From positions 1-48,530 of the forward strand of contig JBGUGE010000038.1 of the NCBI GenBank assembly GCA_045111335.1: a DNA stretch of 48,530 bases. Direction: 5' to 3'. Below, piece by piece: positions 1 to 9,368 of the stretch. Source of the stretch: Alphaproteobacteria bacterium (GTDB taxonomy: Bacteria > Pseudomonadota > Alphaproteobacteria > RF32 > CAG-239). Position numbers and translations under genes: made by a program. Under the pieces are notes generated by a model. The model saw only the letters and a program-made list of their open reading frames with translations. It was not told where the DNA came from and made no database searches. Numbering within the stretch: position 1 is the first letter of the stretch; each line of letters opens with the position of its first letter.

Positions 1-1523
1 TCATCGCCGGTCAACGTTTTAATGGTAGAACCGCTGACATTCACTTTAGCATCGGTTTTGGCGCCGAGCCCGTAGAAAAACAACGCATGAGAGTCTAATT
101 CTCCGGTGGAAATATCGGTGGTAGCTTCGGCGTTTGCAGATACATCAACCGAGTTTTTCGCATCAATAGCGGCGTTGGTCAGCATAACGGCTGACGACGC
201 ATTTGCTCCGTCCATATAGGAATAAGTCTCGTCACTGAAGTATTGTTTCACCATCAAATATGATGAAAAAGGCACATCCGCCGGCAGTTCATCCCCAGCA
301 TCAAGAGCAATCAGTATTTTGGTTAATATATCTACACCTAAAGCGCTCAACCATTTTTCCCAAATCGGGTCCAAAAGTTGGATATACGTTTTGGTTTTGT
401 TTGAAGCATCGGCGGTAATGGCAATCTTTTCCGCCCTAACGACACTGTCTTCAACGGTGACTGTTGCGATTGCCTGCGGCGCACTGCCTCTAAAACTGTC
501 CGGAATTTTATAGCCGGTCGTTTCGTCTTTTTTATCCCCGTTATTATTGTTGTTATTATTATTTTCATTATATTCTTTGATGGTATTGGCGGTAACTTCC
601 TTAACCGTCTCAACTTTAGCCTCAATGCTGACTTCTTTGGCTCCCAAATCGGCTTTCTTGACATTTACCGTTGCGTTAACGGCTTTGGAATCCGTTGTAC
701 CGGCCTTGCCCTGCGCCACAATTTTAACCTTGCCGTCAGAAAGAGTAAACGAGTTGGCATTGGTAATATTGCTTGAAACCAAACTGTCAAACACGGCTTT
801 GGCGTTGTCTTTGTTTACCTTATTCTGAATGTCGGCACCGGCAATAATCCCCGCACGATTGCCTTCTTTGCCTTCAATCTTAATGCTTTTGCCGTAGAGT
901 TCGACATCTCCTTTAGACATGATTTTACCGTTGACGGTAATTGTGCCGGCAGAAGATGACAAGAGTTCTTTGTATTTGTCCGTACCTACTTCATAATTGT
1001 TCAAACCGCTACCGTCGTAGGCTGTCTTCATAGCGTTATATTGGTCCGAACCCGGTGTTGCCATAGTCAAGGCGCCGACATTCAAAACACCGCTTGCCCC
1101 AACCACTATGCCGTTCGGCGAAACAAAAATCGCATGTCCGTTATAAAAAGCATCACCCCTAACCGTGTTAACTATACCGTTAATGTTAACCTGGTTATCC
1201 ACCATATTAACGAATTTACCATAATCCTGCCCGCCTTTTGTAAATTGCAAATTCGCCACATCGCCTTCGTCAAGCGTAAAATCCGTATATTGCCGGAAAC
1301 CGGTATCGCCGGAAATTTTGGCTGCCTCAATGTTATAAACGCCGTTATTGCCGTTAACATTCGTGATGGAGGTTGCGGCATAAACCGGTGTTACATTCAG
1401 CAACATCATGCAATAAGCGGTAACAAATGACACCACCTTACGGAATAATGACGGCTCTTTGAATATGATTTCCTGTGATTTGGCAATAGTGATTTTTTTC
1501 TTGTTTTGGGCGGATTTCGGCAT
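1..1523 (-). CDS. TpsA exoprotein, leukotoxin LktA/filamentous haemagglutinin-like (5' part; runs off the left edge)
   Basis: Manual translation from ATG 1523 (RBS AAGGA): MPKSAQNKKK...FVTAYCMMLLNVTPVYA (extended signal peptide), then ...YTDFTLDEGDVANL...VNINGIVNT...HAIFVSPNGIVVGASGVLNVGAL, a TPS secretion domain. Absent from the ORF track, consistent with no stop inside the window; divergent from a TpsB gene. Confidence 0.85.
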   Translation of the reverse strand, partial: MPKSAQNKKKITIAKSQEIIFKEPSLFRKVVSFVTAYCMMLLNVTPVYAATSITNVNGNNGVYNIEAAKISGDTGFRQYTDFTLDEGDVANLQFTKGGQDYGKFVNMVDNQVNINGIVNTVRGDAFYNGHAIFVSPNGIVVGASGVLNVGALTMATPGSDQYNAMKTAYDGSGLNNYEVGTDKYKELLSSSAGTITVNGKIMSKGDVELYGKSIKIEGKEGNRAGIIAGADIQNKVNKDNAKAVFDSLVSSNITNANSFTLSDGKVKIVAQGKAGTTDSKAVNATVNVKKADLGAKEVSIEAKVETVKEVTANTIKEYNENNNNNNNNGDKKDETTGYKIPDSFRGSAPQAIATVTVEDSVVRAEKIAITADASNKTKTYIQLLDPIWEKWLSALGVDILTKILIALDAGDELPADVPFSSYLMVKQYFSDETYSYMDGANASSAVMLTNAAIDAKNSVDVSANAEATTDISTGELDSHALFFYGLGAKTDAKVNVSGSTIKTLTGD

Positions 1524-1739
1524 GTATTTTATCCTTAACGGTTATGGGTTTATCTTAACACGGCACTGATTGAAAATTATATTTATCTTTCAAATCAACA
1601 AAAGCGTTGACAGTGTACGTTGTTTTCAGCAATTTTTCAAGTATTATTAACGTTTTTTCATATTTTTTTAATTTTTGTTGAAATCCGCAAAATTTGTCGC
1701 TATCATCGGACATCATTTGAACTGTATCGGATTACAAGT

Positions 1740-3503
1740 ATGAAAAAAATTCTTCTTCTCTCGACAACCGGCTTTTTGTCGGTATTTGTGGTACATTCGG
1801 CGGCAACGGCGCAAGTTCCGGCGGCCAATGTAATTCCGCAACTCGGCACCATTCAACAACAAGATTTGGACAGTGCCAAACGCATAGAAATGGAAAGACA
1901 GGGTCTGCGCGATTATCAAAATCGCCAACTTGATGCCGAGCAGCAAACGAAAAAATCAACAACTAAACGCCCTAAAGCAACCGAACGCGCCAAACCGTCG
2001 GAATATAAGACCAAAGGCGTTTATATTGAAAGAATCGAAGTGCCGGCCAGTGATATTTTAACTCCGGAAGAAATTGCCGCAGTCACTGCCGATTATGAGC
2101 AAACCAACCTGACAATGAACGATATCAATGAGTTGGTCGAGCGCATTAACGAATTGTATCTCAATAAGGGCTTTGTGACCGCCCGGGCATATTTGCCGGA
2201 GCAAACTATTGAAAACGGCCTTTTAAAAATCGACACTCTCGAAGGTAAAGTCGGTAATGTAACGGTAGAAGGTAACCGCTGGACCAAGGAATCTCATATT
2301 AAAGACCGTTTGGATATGAATGAAGGCGAGATTTTCAATATTCAAAAATTGGAAGAAAATATGCTGATTTATAATCGCTACAACGATAATATCATGATTA
2401 AAGGCGATTTAACCGCCGGCGAAAAAAACGGAACCACCGACATCAAGGTCAAAGCCGACGAAAAAGTCCCGTATCACCTGATTGCGGTTGCCGACAACGC
2501 CGGCCGAAAAACCATCGGTAAAAACCGCGCCGGACTGATTGCCCAGCATGACAGTCTGTTCGGCTATCGTGATAAACTTTCGGCCGGTATTTATGCCAAT
2601 CGCTATTCGCAAACGCCGTTTATTGACTATAACATTCCGGTCAACAGATACGACGGTCGCTTAGGTATGTCGTTTTCACACAACGAGGCGGAAATCGGCC
2701 ACGGCGCTTATAAAGATTTCAATATTGAAAGTCGCTCGCAGAATTATTCGGTTTACTACACTCATCCGATTATTCGCGAATTGCAAAAAGAATTGAACGG
2801 CACAACCTCGTTTACCTACAAGCGTGCGGTTACCAGTTTTGACGGCGAAGATTTGTATGAAGATAAAATACCGGAACTCAAGGGAGGCCTTAACTTCCGC
2901 TACAACACCGAACGCGGTATTTGGTATTTGGCACAAAGCGTTTCGTACGCCGCACCATGGATTCAAAGCCGTATAGATTATTGGAAGTTTGAGGGCAGCG
3001 TCACCCGTTTGCACGACTTCAGCCACCGTGTTTTAGGATATTTCCACGCCAATTATCAATTTATTCCGCAAAAAATAATTCCGGTAGCCGACCAAATGGC
3101 CGCTGGTGGTTTCGGCTCGGTACGCGGCTATTCGCAAGGTTTATTGACCGCTAAATCCGGATATATGGCAAGTGCCGAAATCTATTTTCCGATTGCGCCG
3201 GAAGAATTTTATATCAACTGCAAAACGTATCGCACCGACGAATACGTCCGTCCGTTTGTGTTTACCGATTACGCGACACTTTATCCGTATAAAGGCGCGG
3301 GTGCCGGTGCGGAAGGTTTCAGCAACAGCGACATTTTGTTCTCGGCCGGTGCCGGTTTGCGCATTCAGTTACCATACGATATTGTGCTGAAAGCGGCCTA
3401 TGGTGTGCCGTTAAGACATAATCGTTACGAAACGCACAACGGCGGCGCTTGGAGTTTGGAACTCAGCTTTGCTCCGGATTTTAACAAGTTTTTTAAGAAC
3501 TAA
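1740..3503 (+). CDS. TpsB (ShlB/FhaC/HecB family) outer-membrane transporter
   Basis: Signal peptide MKKILLL...ATA; POTRA motif YLNKGFVTARAYLPEQTI; VRGY loop-6 motif (GSVRGYSQG); beta-barrel C-terminus. Start moved to ATG 1740. Confidence 0.93.
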   Translation: MKKILLLSTTGFLSVFVVHSAATAQVPAANVIPQLGTIQQQDLDSAKRIEMERQGLRDYQNRQLDAEQQTKKSTTKRPKATERAKPSEYKTKGVYIERIEVPASDILTPEEIAAVTADYEQTNLTMNDINELVERINELYLNKGFVTARAYLPEQTIENGLLKIDTLEGKVGNVTVEGNRWTKESHIKDRLDMNEGEIFNIQKLEENMLIYNRYNDNIMIKGDLTAGEKNGTTDIKVKADEKVPYHLIAVADNAGRKTIGKNRAGLIAQHDSLFGYRDKLSAGIYANRYSQTPFIDYNIPVNRYDGRLGMSFSHNEAEIGHGAYKDFNIESRSQNYSVYYTHPIIRELQKELNGTTSFTYKRAVTSFDGEDLYEDKIPELKGGLNFRYNTERGIWYLAQSVSYAAPWIQSRIDYWKFEGSVTRLHDFSHRVLGYFHANYQFIPQKIIPVADQMAAGGFGSVRGYSQGLLTAKSGYMASAEIYFPIAPEEFYINCKTYRTDEYVRPFVFTDYATLYPYKGAGAGAEGFSNSDILFSAGAGLRIQLPYDIVLKAAYGVPLRHNRYETHNGGAWSLELSFAPDFNKFFKN

Positions 3504-3539
3504 CCGCTGAATTTTAAACAACCTTACCAAAAGGTTTTA

Positions 3540-3569
3540 GAACGGTAAAATATGCCTATTTTGCTGTTC
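3540..3569 (+). terminator. Hairpin after tpsB
   Basis: GAACGGTAAAATA-tgcc-TATTTTGCTGTTC, 13-bp stem with G-U pairs. Confidence 0.4.
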
Positions 3570-3671
3570 ACGCTTTATAATTAACTGTTGTCTCAGTGCT
3601 TTTCATTGTATATATTAAATTGTTTATTTGAACAAAAACAACCATAAGAATATATAATCAAAGACACTGGT

Positions 3672-3704
3672 ACGTCAAAAACTGTCGTAATATACTCTTA
3701 TAAT
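3672..3704 (+). promoter_or_regulatory. WYL (DriD/PafBC-type) operator-promoter, copy 1
   Basis: ACGTCAAAAACTGTCGT-N10-TATAAT, near-identical to 12271-12303. Confidence 0.7.
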
Positions 3705-3725
3705 ATAACAAAACTTCGCTGTTCC

Positions 3726-3759
3726 AAATAAAAACAACATTTTGAGGTTGTTTTTATTT
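3726..3759. terminator. Bidirectional terminator-like hairpin
   Basis: AAATAAAAACAAC-N8-GTTGTTTTTATTT, perfect 13-bp stem. Confidence 0.55.
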
Positions 3760-3761
3760 TA

Positions 3762-3947
3762 CACACGCTTCTCCCGAATTATACCAAAAAAAGTAGTAAA
3801 AAATGGCAAAAATGTAACCCCCCTTTTTTGTACACTACAAATTTCTTGTGGGTAATTTTGTATGTTTTACACCTTTTAGGAGTATAAATCATTGATTTTA
3901 GAAGTTTTTACACTTCGCCACCAATTATACCATTTAAGATAGCATAA
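3762..3947 (+). repeat. 186-bp direct repeat of 35682-35867 (element-end module)
   Basis: Gap-free alignment at offset 31920; 11 mismatches counted by hand. Confidence 0.95.
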
Positions 3948-4013
3948 GCCTTGCGCTTTGTGATATTACTACCTAACTAAAATAATATAATTCTTATTAA
4001 TAAAGGAGAAAAA

Positions 4014-4475
4014 ATGGATTATAAAGAAATTATACCTTTTAAGGCGGTGCGCAAATTTGATGAAATGTGTTTGCATAATGAGTATTTGCATCAAAACAAA
4101 GATTTTCAACAGCAGATTTTATCTTGGGCGGCGGATACGCTTGCCGAAGCAAGAGAACACTGGGGTGATATTCATGCGACAACGATTGATGCAGTAATTA
4201 AAACACATCATAGAGAGAAAGCCCATAAAGGTGCTGTTGTTCGTGATAAAAAGTATGCGCAATTCAGAGAGAAATTCGCAGAAATTCAAAAAGAAAAATA
4301 TAAAGAAGCGATACAAGTCGGTATTAAGCTGACGGCAAACAGTTTTGTGGAATGGTTCTTAGCAAATAAAGCAAATGAAATGCAAATACCTTATGTGGAA
4401 CAGAATCAGAAAAATAAATTAAGACAGTTGGCACAACAAAATAATCGCGAATTTAAAAAGCTTTTGCTTGGCTAA
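4014..4475 (+). CDS. Hypothetical protein upstream of the effector (possible regulator or accessory factor)
   Basis: RBS AAGGAG; basic helical protein; C-terminal half paralogous to 10042-10302 (KLTANxFxxWFL...IPYxExN...LA..NNREFK). Confidence 0.8.
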   Translation: MDYKEIIPFKAVRKFDEMCLHNEYLHQNKDFQQQILSWAADTLAEAREHWGDIHATTIDAVIKTHHREKAHKGAVVRDKKYAQFREKFAEIQKEKYKEAIQVGIKLTANSFVEWFLANKANEMQIPYVEQNQKNKLRQLAQQNNREFKKLLLG

Positions 4476-4575
4476 AGTTACAATGTTAGCAAGCTATAGG
4501 GCATATACAAGCCGTTTTACTTCTGCTATAGTTTTAATCTGAATATAGACTTAAACTTTTTAACAGGAGATAAAA

Positions 4576-5676
4576 ATGGATATTTGGGATGAAATAAAAA
4601 AATTAACCGGATATCAATCCGGCAACGGCGGGGTGGATAGCTACGGGGTTGACCACAGCGGATTTTCAACCCGTGACGAGTTGGAATATCAAAGCGCGCG
4701 GTTGGCAAGAGAAAATCAACTGGCGGAAGGTTTTGCTAAGCAAGGAATTGCCGAAGAAAACTATCCGCAATACGGAACTAATTTTTGGGGTGGCTCGCCG
4801 GAAAACAACTATGGCTTCGGCACTTCAAACATCAAGCAAAATATCGAAAATGTAACAAATCGGCTTAATAACAACACAAATAACGGGCAGGTCTTTGCAA
4901 ACTCTGATTATACAGTCAACACCGAAAGCTTAGTCGGCAAACCAAGCAGTTATTTTCAAAATAATAGTGCAAGCAATACTTTGGGAGGCAATGCAAGTGG
5001 CGCACTGAATCAAAATGGTAGCGGTAACAGTATCAACTATGATAATTATGCAATGCGACAGGACTTAGAAAATAATATCAAACGAGAACAGGAAAGAGCG
5101 CAGCAACAAAGCTTAATACCTCCTTCTAACAATTCTCAGATAACGCCTATTCCTTCAGGAAAACCACTAACTTCGCAAGAAGCGTCCTATATGTTCACAC
5201 CGACACACCCTGATTATGGCCAAATAGGTTCATTGGAATTTGATGGGCAAAATTTGGTTTGGTTGCAAAATGGTCAACCGGTAAAGTATTATCCGGCACA
5301 ATCCGGTCATAATGATTATCAAAGCGCTAAATATACCAATGTCTCTAATGAGGGGCCAATACCGGAAGGAGATTATTTACTAGCACAAGGAAGCGGACAA
5401 GATTATAATAATTTGTCATGGCGAGAAAAAAATGGATTGTATAACGGAATAAGGTGGTTTGAATTGCCGGACGGTTGGGGAAAATCTCGTATTCCTATTC
5501 AACCATTACCTGATACCAACACTTTCGGGCGACATAGTATGTATGTGCACGGAGGTGCAGTTCCGGGTTCTGCCGGTTGTATTGATTTAACTTACAGAAA
5601 CGATGATTTCTATAACGACTGGCTAAAATATAACGGAAATCTTCCGCTTAAGGTAAAATACCCAAAAGGTTGGTAA
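4576..5676 (+). CDS. Polymorphic effector with C-terminal Tlde1/DUF2778 (L,D-transpeptidase-fold) domain
   Basis: RBS AGGAG; N/Q-rich linker; C-terminus LEFDG...AQSG...EGPIPEGDY...WG..RIPIQP...GRHSMYVHGGAVPGSAGCIDL with the HxG...SxGC catalytic motif. Confidence 0.8.
   Translation: MDIWDEIKKLTGYQSGNGGVDSYGVDHSGFSTRDELEYQSARLARENQLAEGFAKQGIAEENYPQYGTNFWGGSPENNYGFGTSNIKQNIENVTNRLNNNTNNGQVFANSDYTVNTESLVGKPSSYFQNNSASNTLGGNASGALNQNGSGNSINYDNYAMRQDLENNIKREQERAQQQSLIPPSNNSQITPIPSGKPLTSQEASYMFTPTHPDYGQIGSLEFDGQNLVWLQNGQPVKYYPAQSGHNDYQSAKYTNVSNEGPIPEGDYLLAQGSGQDYNNLSWREKNGLYNGIRWFELPDGWGKSRIPIQPLPDTNTFGRHSMYVHGGAVPGSAGCIDLTYRNDDFYNDWLKYNGNLPLKVKYPKGW
4918..4958 (+). repeat. Linker repeat L1 (41 bp identical to 6151-6191)
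   Basis: AACACCGAAAGCTTAGTCGGCAAACCAAGCAGTTATTTTCA in both places, same reading frame (NTESLVGKPSSYFQ). Confidence 0.95.
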
Positions 5677-5677
5677 C

Positions 5678-5710
5678 AAAAAGGGTAAGGAAAAATTTCC
5701 TTGCCTTTTT
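5678..5710 (+). terminator. Hairpin with overlapping putative -35 (TTGCCT); second copy at 9590-9618
   Basis: AAAAAGGGTAAGGAAA-aa-TTTCCTTGCCTTTTT; related AAAAGGCGAGGAAAATTTCCTTGCCTTTT at 9590. Confidence 0.6.
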
Positions 5711-5755
5711 TTGTTATTTTGATTTAATATATAAAGAATACAACCGGAGGTGACT

Positions 5756-6106
5756 ATGGAAAAAGTAATCAAAAAACATTTAAGTTATGTTCCTTATATT
5801 GTCTTTGCATTAATAACATTGTTATATGTTAGAATTATCGTATCATTATATCGTAGTATTGAAGCGGCAAGAGATGGCGGATTTGAAAAATTATTTGAAG
5901 CTGATTTTCCTATTTGGTATTATAAATCTGCAGATAATTTGATTTTGTATGATAAAATATTAATATTATTTTTTATTTTAATGTACTTTTTATCAGTATT
6001 TATCAGAAAGAAATATATTTTATCATTATTTATACTACTGTTACCCTTGATTTTTATGTTTTGTGATTGGTTATATTTAAGGTATACAATTACATATAAA
6101 TTATAA
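5756..6106 (+). CDS. Small membrane protein, candidate cognate immunity
   Basis: RBS GGAGG; about three hydrophobic segments; directly after the effector. Confidence 0.7.
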   Translation: MEKVIKKHLSYVPYIVFALITLLYVRIIVSLYRSIEAARDGGFEKLFEADFPIWYYKSADNLILYDKILILFFILMYFLSVFIRKKYILSLFILLLPLIFMFCDWLYLRYTITYKL

Positions 6107-6120
6107 CAAACAGCCCTCAG

Positions 6121-6921
6121 ATTCAGATAGAAACAGCTGATTACACGCTTAACACCGAAAGCTTAGTCGGCAAACCAAGCAGTTATTTTCAGAATAGTAA
6201 CACAACCAATACTTTGGGAACAAATCAGAGTTTTAATACAACGCCGGCAATACAAAATCAAACACCTGCACAATTACCGAATAATAATATTCAACAGTTG
6301 CGCATGCCGATGGGTTCTGAGCAACAAATAACCATGCCGAGTTATGAATTACAACAAAAAATACAACAGCCAAGTACTTGGGATAGAGTCAGAAATGCCG
6401 CCAATAATTTTGCGGATATTACTAAAACTGCAACAGTAGGTTACGCAGATGGGGCAACTTTAGGTAATTTTGATGAAGGTATGGGAGTAGCAACGGCGGC
6501 GGTTACATTTAATCCGAACAACTATTACCTTGGACGTGATGCCACGAGACAATTGCAAAAAGAACTGCAAGCAAAACATCCTTATGTTTACGGTGGTGCG
6601 GAATTCGTGGGAGCAATGACAACACCAATGCATTTGGTAAAAGGGGAAAATTTCAAACAGAAAGCGTTTAATGCCTTTACCGATACAATAAATGCTTCTG
6701 CCGGATATGCCGAAAATTGGAACGATTTTGGGACTAATCTGGCGGTAAACGGAATTGCTAATATAATTGGGTTAACTGCAGAACAATTGCCATTATGGAG
6801 AGCATCGGCAAGACCTCTTGTGAAGTTGGGTAAGAAATTTATCAAGCAAGGAATAAATTCTTCTGCTGACAAAGTTAAAAATATGTATTATAAGGAAGAA
6901 GATGAAGAAAAATACTATTAA
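6121..6921 (+). pseudogene. Orphan effector C-terminal cassette (no ATG or RBS; begins in linker L1)
   Basis: Frame open from 6100 without an upstream ATG; contains L1 and L2 then a distinct tip (GYADGATLGNFDEG...KHPYVYGGAEFVG...EEKYY). Confidence 0.7.
6280..6342 (+). repeat. Linker repeat L2 (second copy 10643-10705)
   Basis: NNNIQQLRMPMGSEQQITMPS versus NNSIPQLRMPAGSEQQITMPS; CAACAAATAACCATGCCGAGT identical. Confidence 0.9.
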
Positions 6922-6949
6922 GAATAAAACGTAACAAAGAGAGCAGAAT

Positions 6950-7294
6950 ATGGAAAAAGAGGATAAAAAAGAAATTATAAAAAATAATATTTTTAAGTGT
7001 ATCGATCTCATACTCAATTTATTAATTGCATTTGGAATCTTTATAATAATTGTATTTCATATAATTGGTCCTTTTTTTCCTATTCTGTTCTTATTCGATT
7101 TTTGTTTTGTAGTCGGGTATCCGCTGTTTTTGCGATATGTATTAAAAAAGAAATGGTTTGAGTGCACAAAGGATTACTATCTTAAAATAAAATATATTTT
7201 GCTTCCGTGGTTTATAATGGAACTCGTAGTATTGTTATATTATCACAAAGCAACATATTTTATAATTAAAACCGTTATGGAAAACAGCAACTGA
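6950..7294 (+). CDS. Membrane immunity-like protein, tandem copy 1
   Basis: 114 aa; PFFPxLFLFD...GYP...LKKxWFECTK...LLYYHKAT...MENSN shared with copies 2 and 3. Confidence 0.8.
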   Translation: MEKEDKKEIIKNNIFKCIDLILNLLIAFGIFIIIVFHIIGPFFPILFLFDFCFVVGYPLFLRYVLKKKWFECTKDYYLKIKYILLPWFIMELVVLLYYHKATYFIIKTVMENSN

Positions 7295-7370
7295 CAAACT
7301 GAAAAATATGTATTATGATGAAGACGAGGAAAAATATCACTATTAGCAAAACATAACAAAGGGACAGAAC

Positions 7371-7715
7371 ATGGGGAAAGAGGATATAATCAAAGAAATA
7401 AATGAGTTAACCTTAAAAACAATAAATGCTATTCTTTCTATATTCTATATATTTGGTTTATTTGCTATTTTAGCATTTCATAAAATAGTGCCTTTTTTCC
7501 CTGTTCTGTTCTTGTTTGATTTTTGTTTTATAATCGGATATCCTCTTTTTTTACACTATGTGTTAAAAAAGAAATGGTTTGAGTGCACAAAAAACTATTA
7601 TCTTAAAATACGATATATTTTATTGCCTTATGTTATGATGGAACTTATAGTGTTGTTATATTATCATAAGGCAACTCTTTTTATCATTAAAACTATTATG
7701 GAAAACAGCAACTGA
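7371..7715 (+). CDS. Membrane immunity-like protein, tandem copy 2
   Basis: 114 aa paralogue with a divergent N-terminal helix. Confidence 0.8.
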   Translation: MGKEDIIKEINELTLKTINAILSIFYIFGLFAILAFHKIVPFFPVLFLFDFCFIIGYPLFLHYVLKKKWFECTKNYYLKIRYILLPYVMMELIVLLYYHKATLFIIKTIMENSN

Positions 7716-7798
7716 CAAACTGAAAAATACATTTTATAATGAAGATGAGGACGAGAAAAAATATCATTATTAGTAAAAAATAACATAAGGAACAGAAT

Positions 7799-8143
7799 AT
7801 GGAAAAAGATAGTATAATTACTTTAATGAAGAAAAGTTTATTAAAAATTATATATTGGACGGCATCTTTACTGATTTTTCTCAGCGCAATGATTATTCTT
7901 CAACTGCATTTAATTGTGCCTTTTTTTCCTGTTCTGTTCTTATTTGATTCATGTTTCTGGTTCGGGTATCCTATGTTCGTCGAACATATTTTAAAAAAAC
8001 GATGGTTTGAGTGTACAAAAAACGATTATTTAGCATTAAAGTACATTTTATTACCTTGGTTAATAATGGAAATTATAGTGTTGTTATATTATCATAAGGC
8101 AACTCTTTTTATCATTAAAACTATTATGGAAAACAGCAACTGA
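7799..8143 (+). CDS. Membrane immunity-like protein, tandem copy 3
   Basis: 114 aa paralogue. Confidence 0.8.
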   Translation: MEKDSIITLMKKSLLKIIYWTASLLIFLSAMIILQLHLIVPFFPVLFLFDSCFWFGYPMFVEHILKKRWFECTKNDYLALKYILLPWLIMEIIVLLYYHKATLFIIKTIMENSN

Positions 8144-8226
8144 CAAAATGAAAAATATGTATTATAAGGACGATGAGGATGAAGAAAGATATTACTGAAA
8201 ATAAAACATAATAGAGGGAACAGAAT

Positions 8227-8575
8227 ATGGAAAAAGAGGTTATAATTCAAAAAATAAAAGGATTGTCACTAAAACTAATTAATAATTTTTTGGCCTTTTT
8301 TATATGTTTTTGGCTCATTATTATTATTTTAAGATTACACTTCATGGTGTCTTTTTTTCCTGTTCTTATTTGATTTTTGTTTACTGGTTGGGTATCCACT
8401 GTTTTTGAGATATGTTCTAAAACGAAAGTGGTTTGAATGCACGAAAGATGATTACCTTTGCATAAAATACATTATGCTTCCATTGTTAATTATGGAATTA
8501 GTCGTTCTGTTCTGCTATCCTCAAGAGACAATTTTTGCAATTGACTTTTTAGCAGAAAGTGATTTCTTTAAATAA
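8227..8575 (+). pseudogene. Membrane immunity-like protein, tandem copy 4 (frameshifted)
   Basis: MEKEVII...FFPVL, then a 5-nt deletion (CCTGTTCTGTTCTT to CCTGTTCTT); the shifted frame continues LFDFCLLVGYPLFLRYVLKRKWFECTK...DFFK*. Confidence 0.85.
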
Positions 8576-8746
8576 GCCATATATGCGTTTTATGACCAAT
8601 TTGAAGCAAAATGTTAAACAATGTAAGGAATCCGCACAAAGTTTAACATTTTTTTGTTTGGGGTATTTTTTCTAATAACCCTGAAGAATGTGAAGAACTG
8701 TTGCCCGAGCAATATCGAAAAAAGAAAAGATATTGGTAAAAATTCA

Positions 8747-8782
8747 GAGCCGATTGACAATCGGCTCCTTTTATTATAGTAT
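8747..8782 (+). promoter_or_regulatory. Terminator hairpin containing a sigma70 promoter
   Basis: GAGCCGATTGACAATCGGCTC hairpin plus T tract; TTGACA(8754)-17 bp-TAGTAT(8777). Confidence 0.65.
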
Positions 8783-8816
8783 GAATAAAATTTAAAATAA
8801 AACCATAGGTAGCAAA

Positions 8817-9329
8817 ATGAAAAAGATAGAAAAATCAAAACTCATCAAAACCATTCTGTTGTTAATTTCAACAATTCCTTTCCCTTTGTTTTTCGCTATT
8901 CTTTTATATGTTGTTCCGGCTTTATATGTAAGTTTTATCGTTCCTTATTTAATCTGGAAAATTTGGTTTGGTAAAGATAGTAAGAAAATAAAAAAAATTA
9001 CTCTGACTTGGAAATTGCCGATTATAATTTTCTTGGCATGGGCAATGTTTGAAATAGAAATGTTGTTGATTTTTCTTGTTCCGTTCACGTTATCATTTAT
9101 TTGGAAACTAATTCTCTTCTTTATTTCACTATTACTGTTCCGGTGCATAACCTATGCAATGATGATTTTTATATTGCAATACGATATTTTGGTGCCATAT
9201 CGAAAATTAATATATGCTTTTATATTGGCTTATTGTATTGCCGTTGCAGATTTCTGGTATTTATCTCTAAATGCACCGGATACAGATGACTACAGCATTT
9301 CGTTTTATGAATATATGTCGTCAGAATAG
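8817..9329 (+). CDS. Multi-pass membrane protein, orphan immunity candidate
   Basis: 170 aa, about five hydrophobic segments, AT-rich. Confidence 0.7.
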   Translation: MKKIEKSKLIKTILLLISTIPFPLFFAILLYVVPALYVSFIVPYLIWKIWFGKDSKKIKKITLTWKLPIIIFLAWAMFEIEMLLIFLVPFTLSFIWKLILFFISLLLFRCITYAMMIFILQYDILVPYRKLIYAFILAYCIAVADFWYLSLNAPDTDDYSISFYEYMSSE

Positions 9330-9368
9330 GAAGATTTATTGGCAGTAAATATCCGGAGGAAGATTGTG

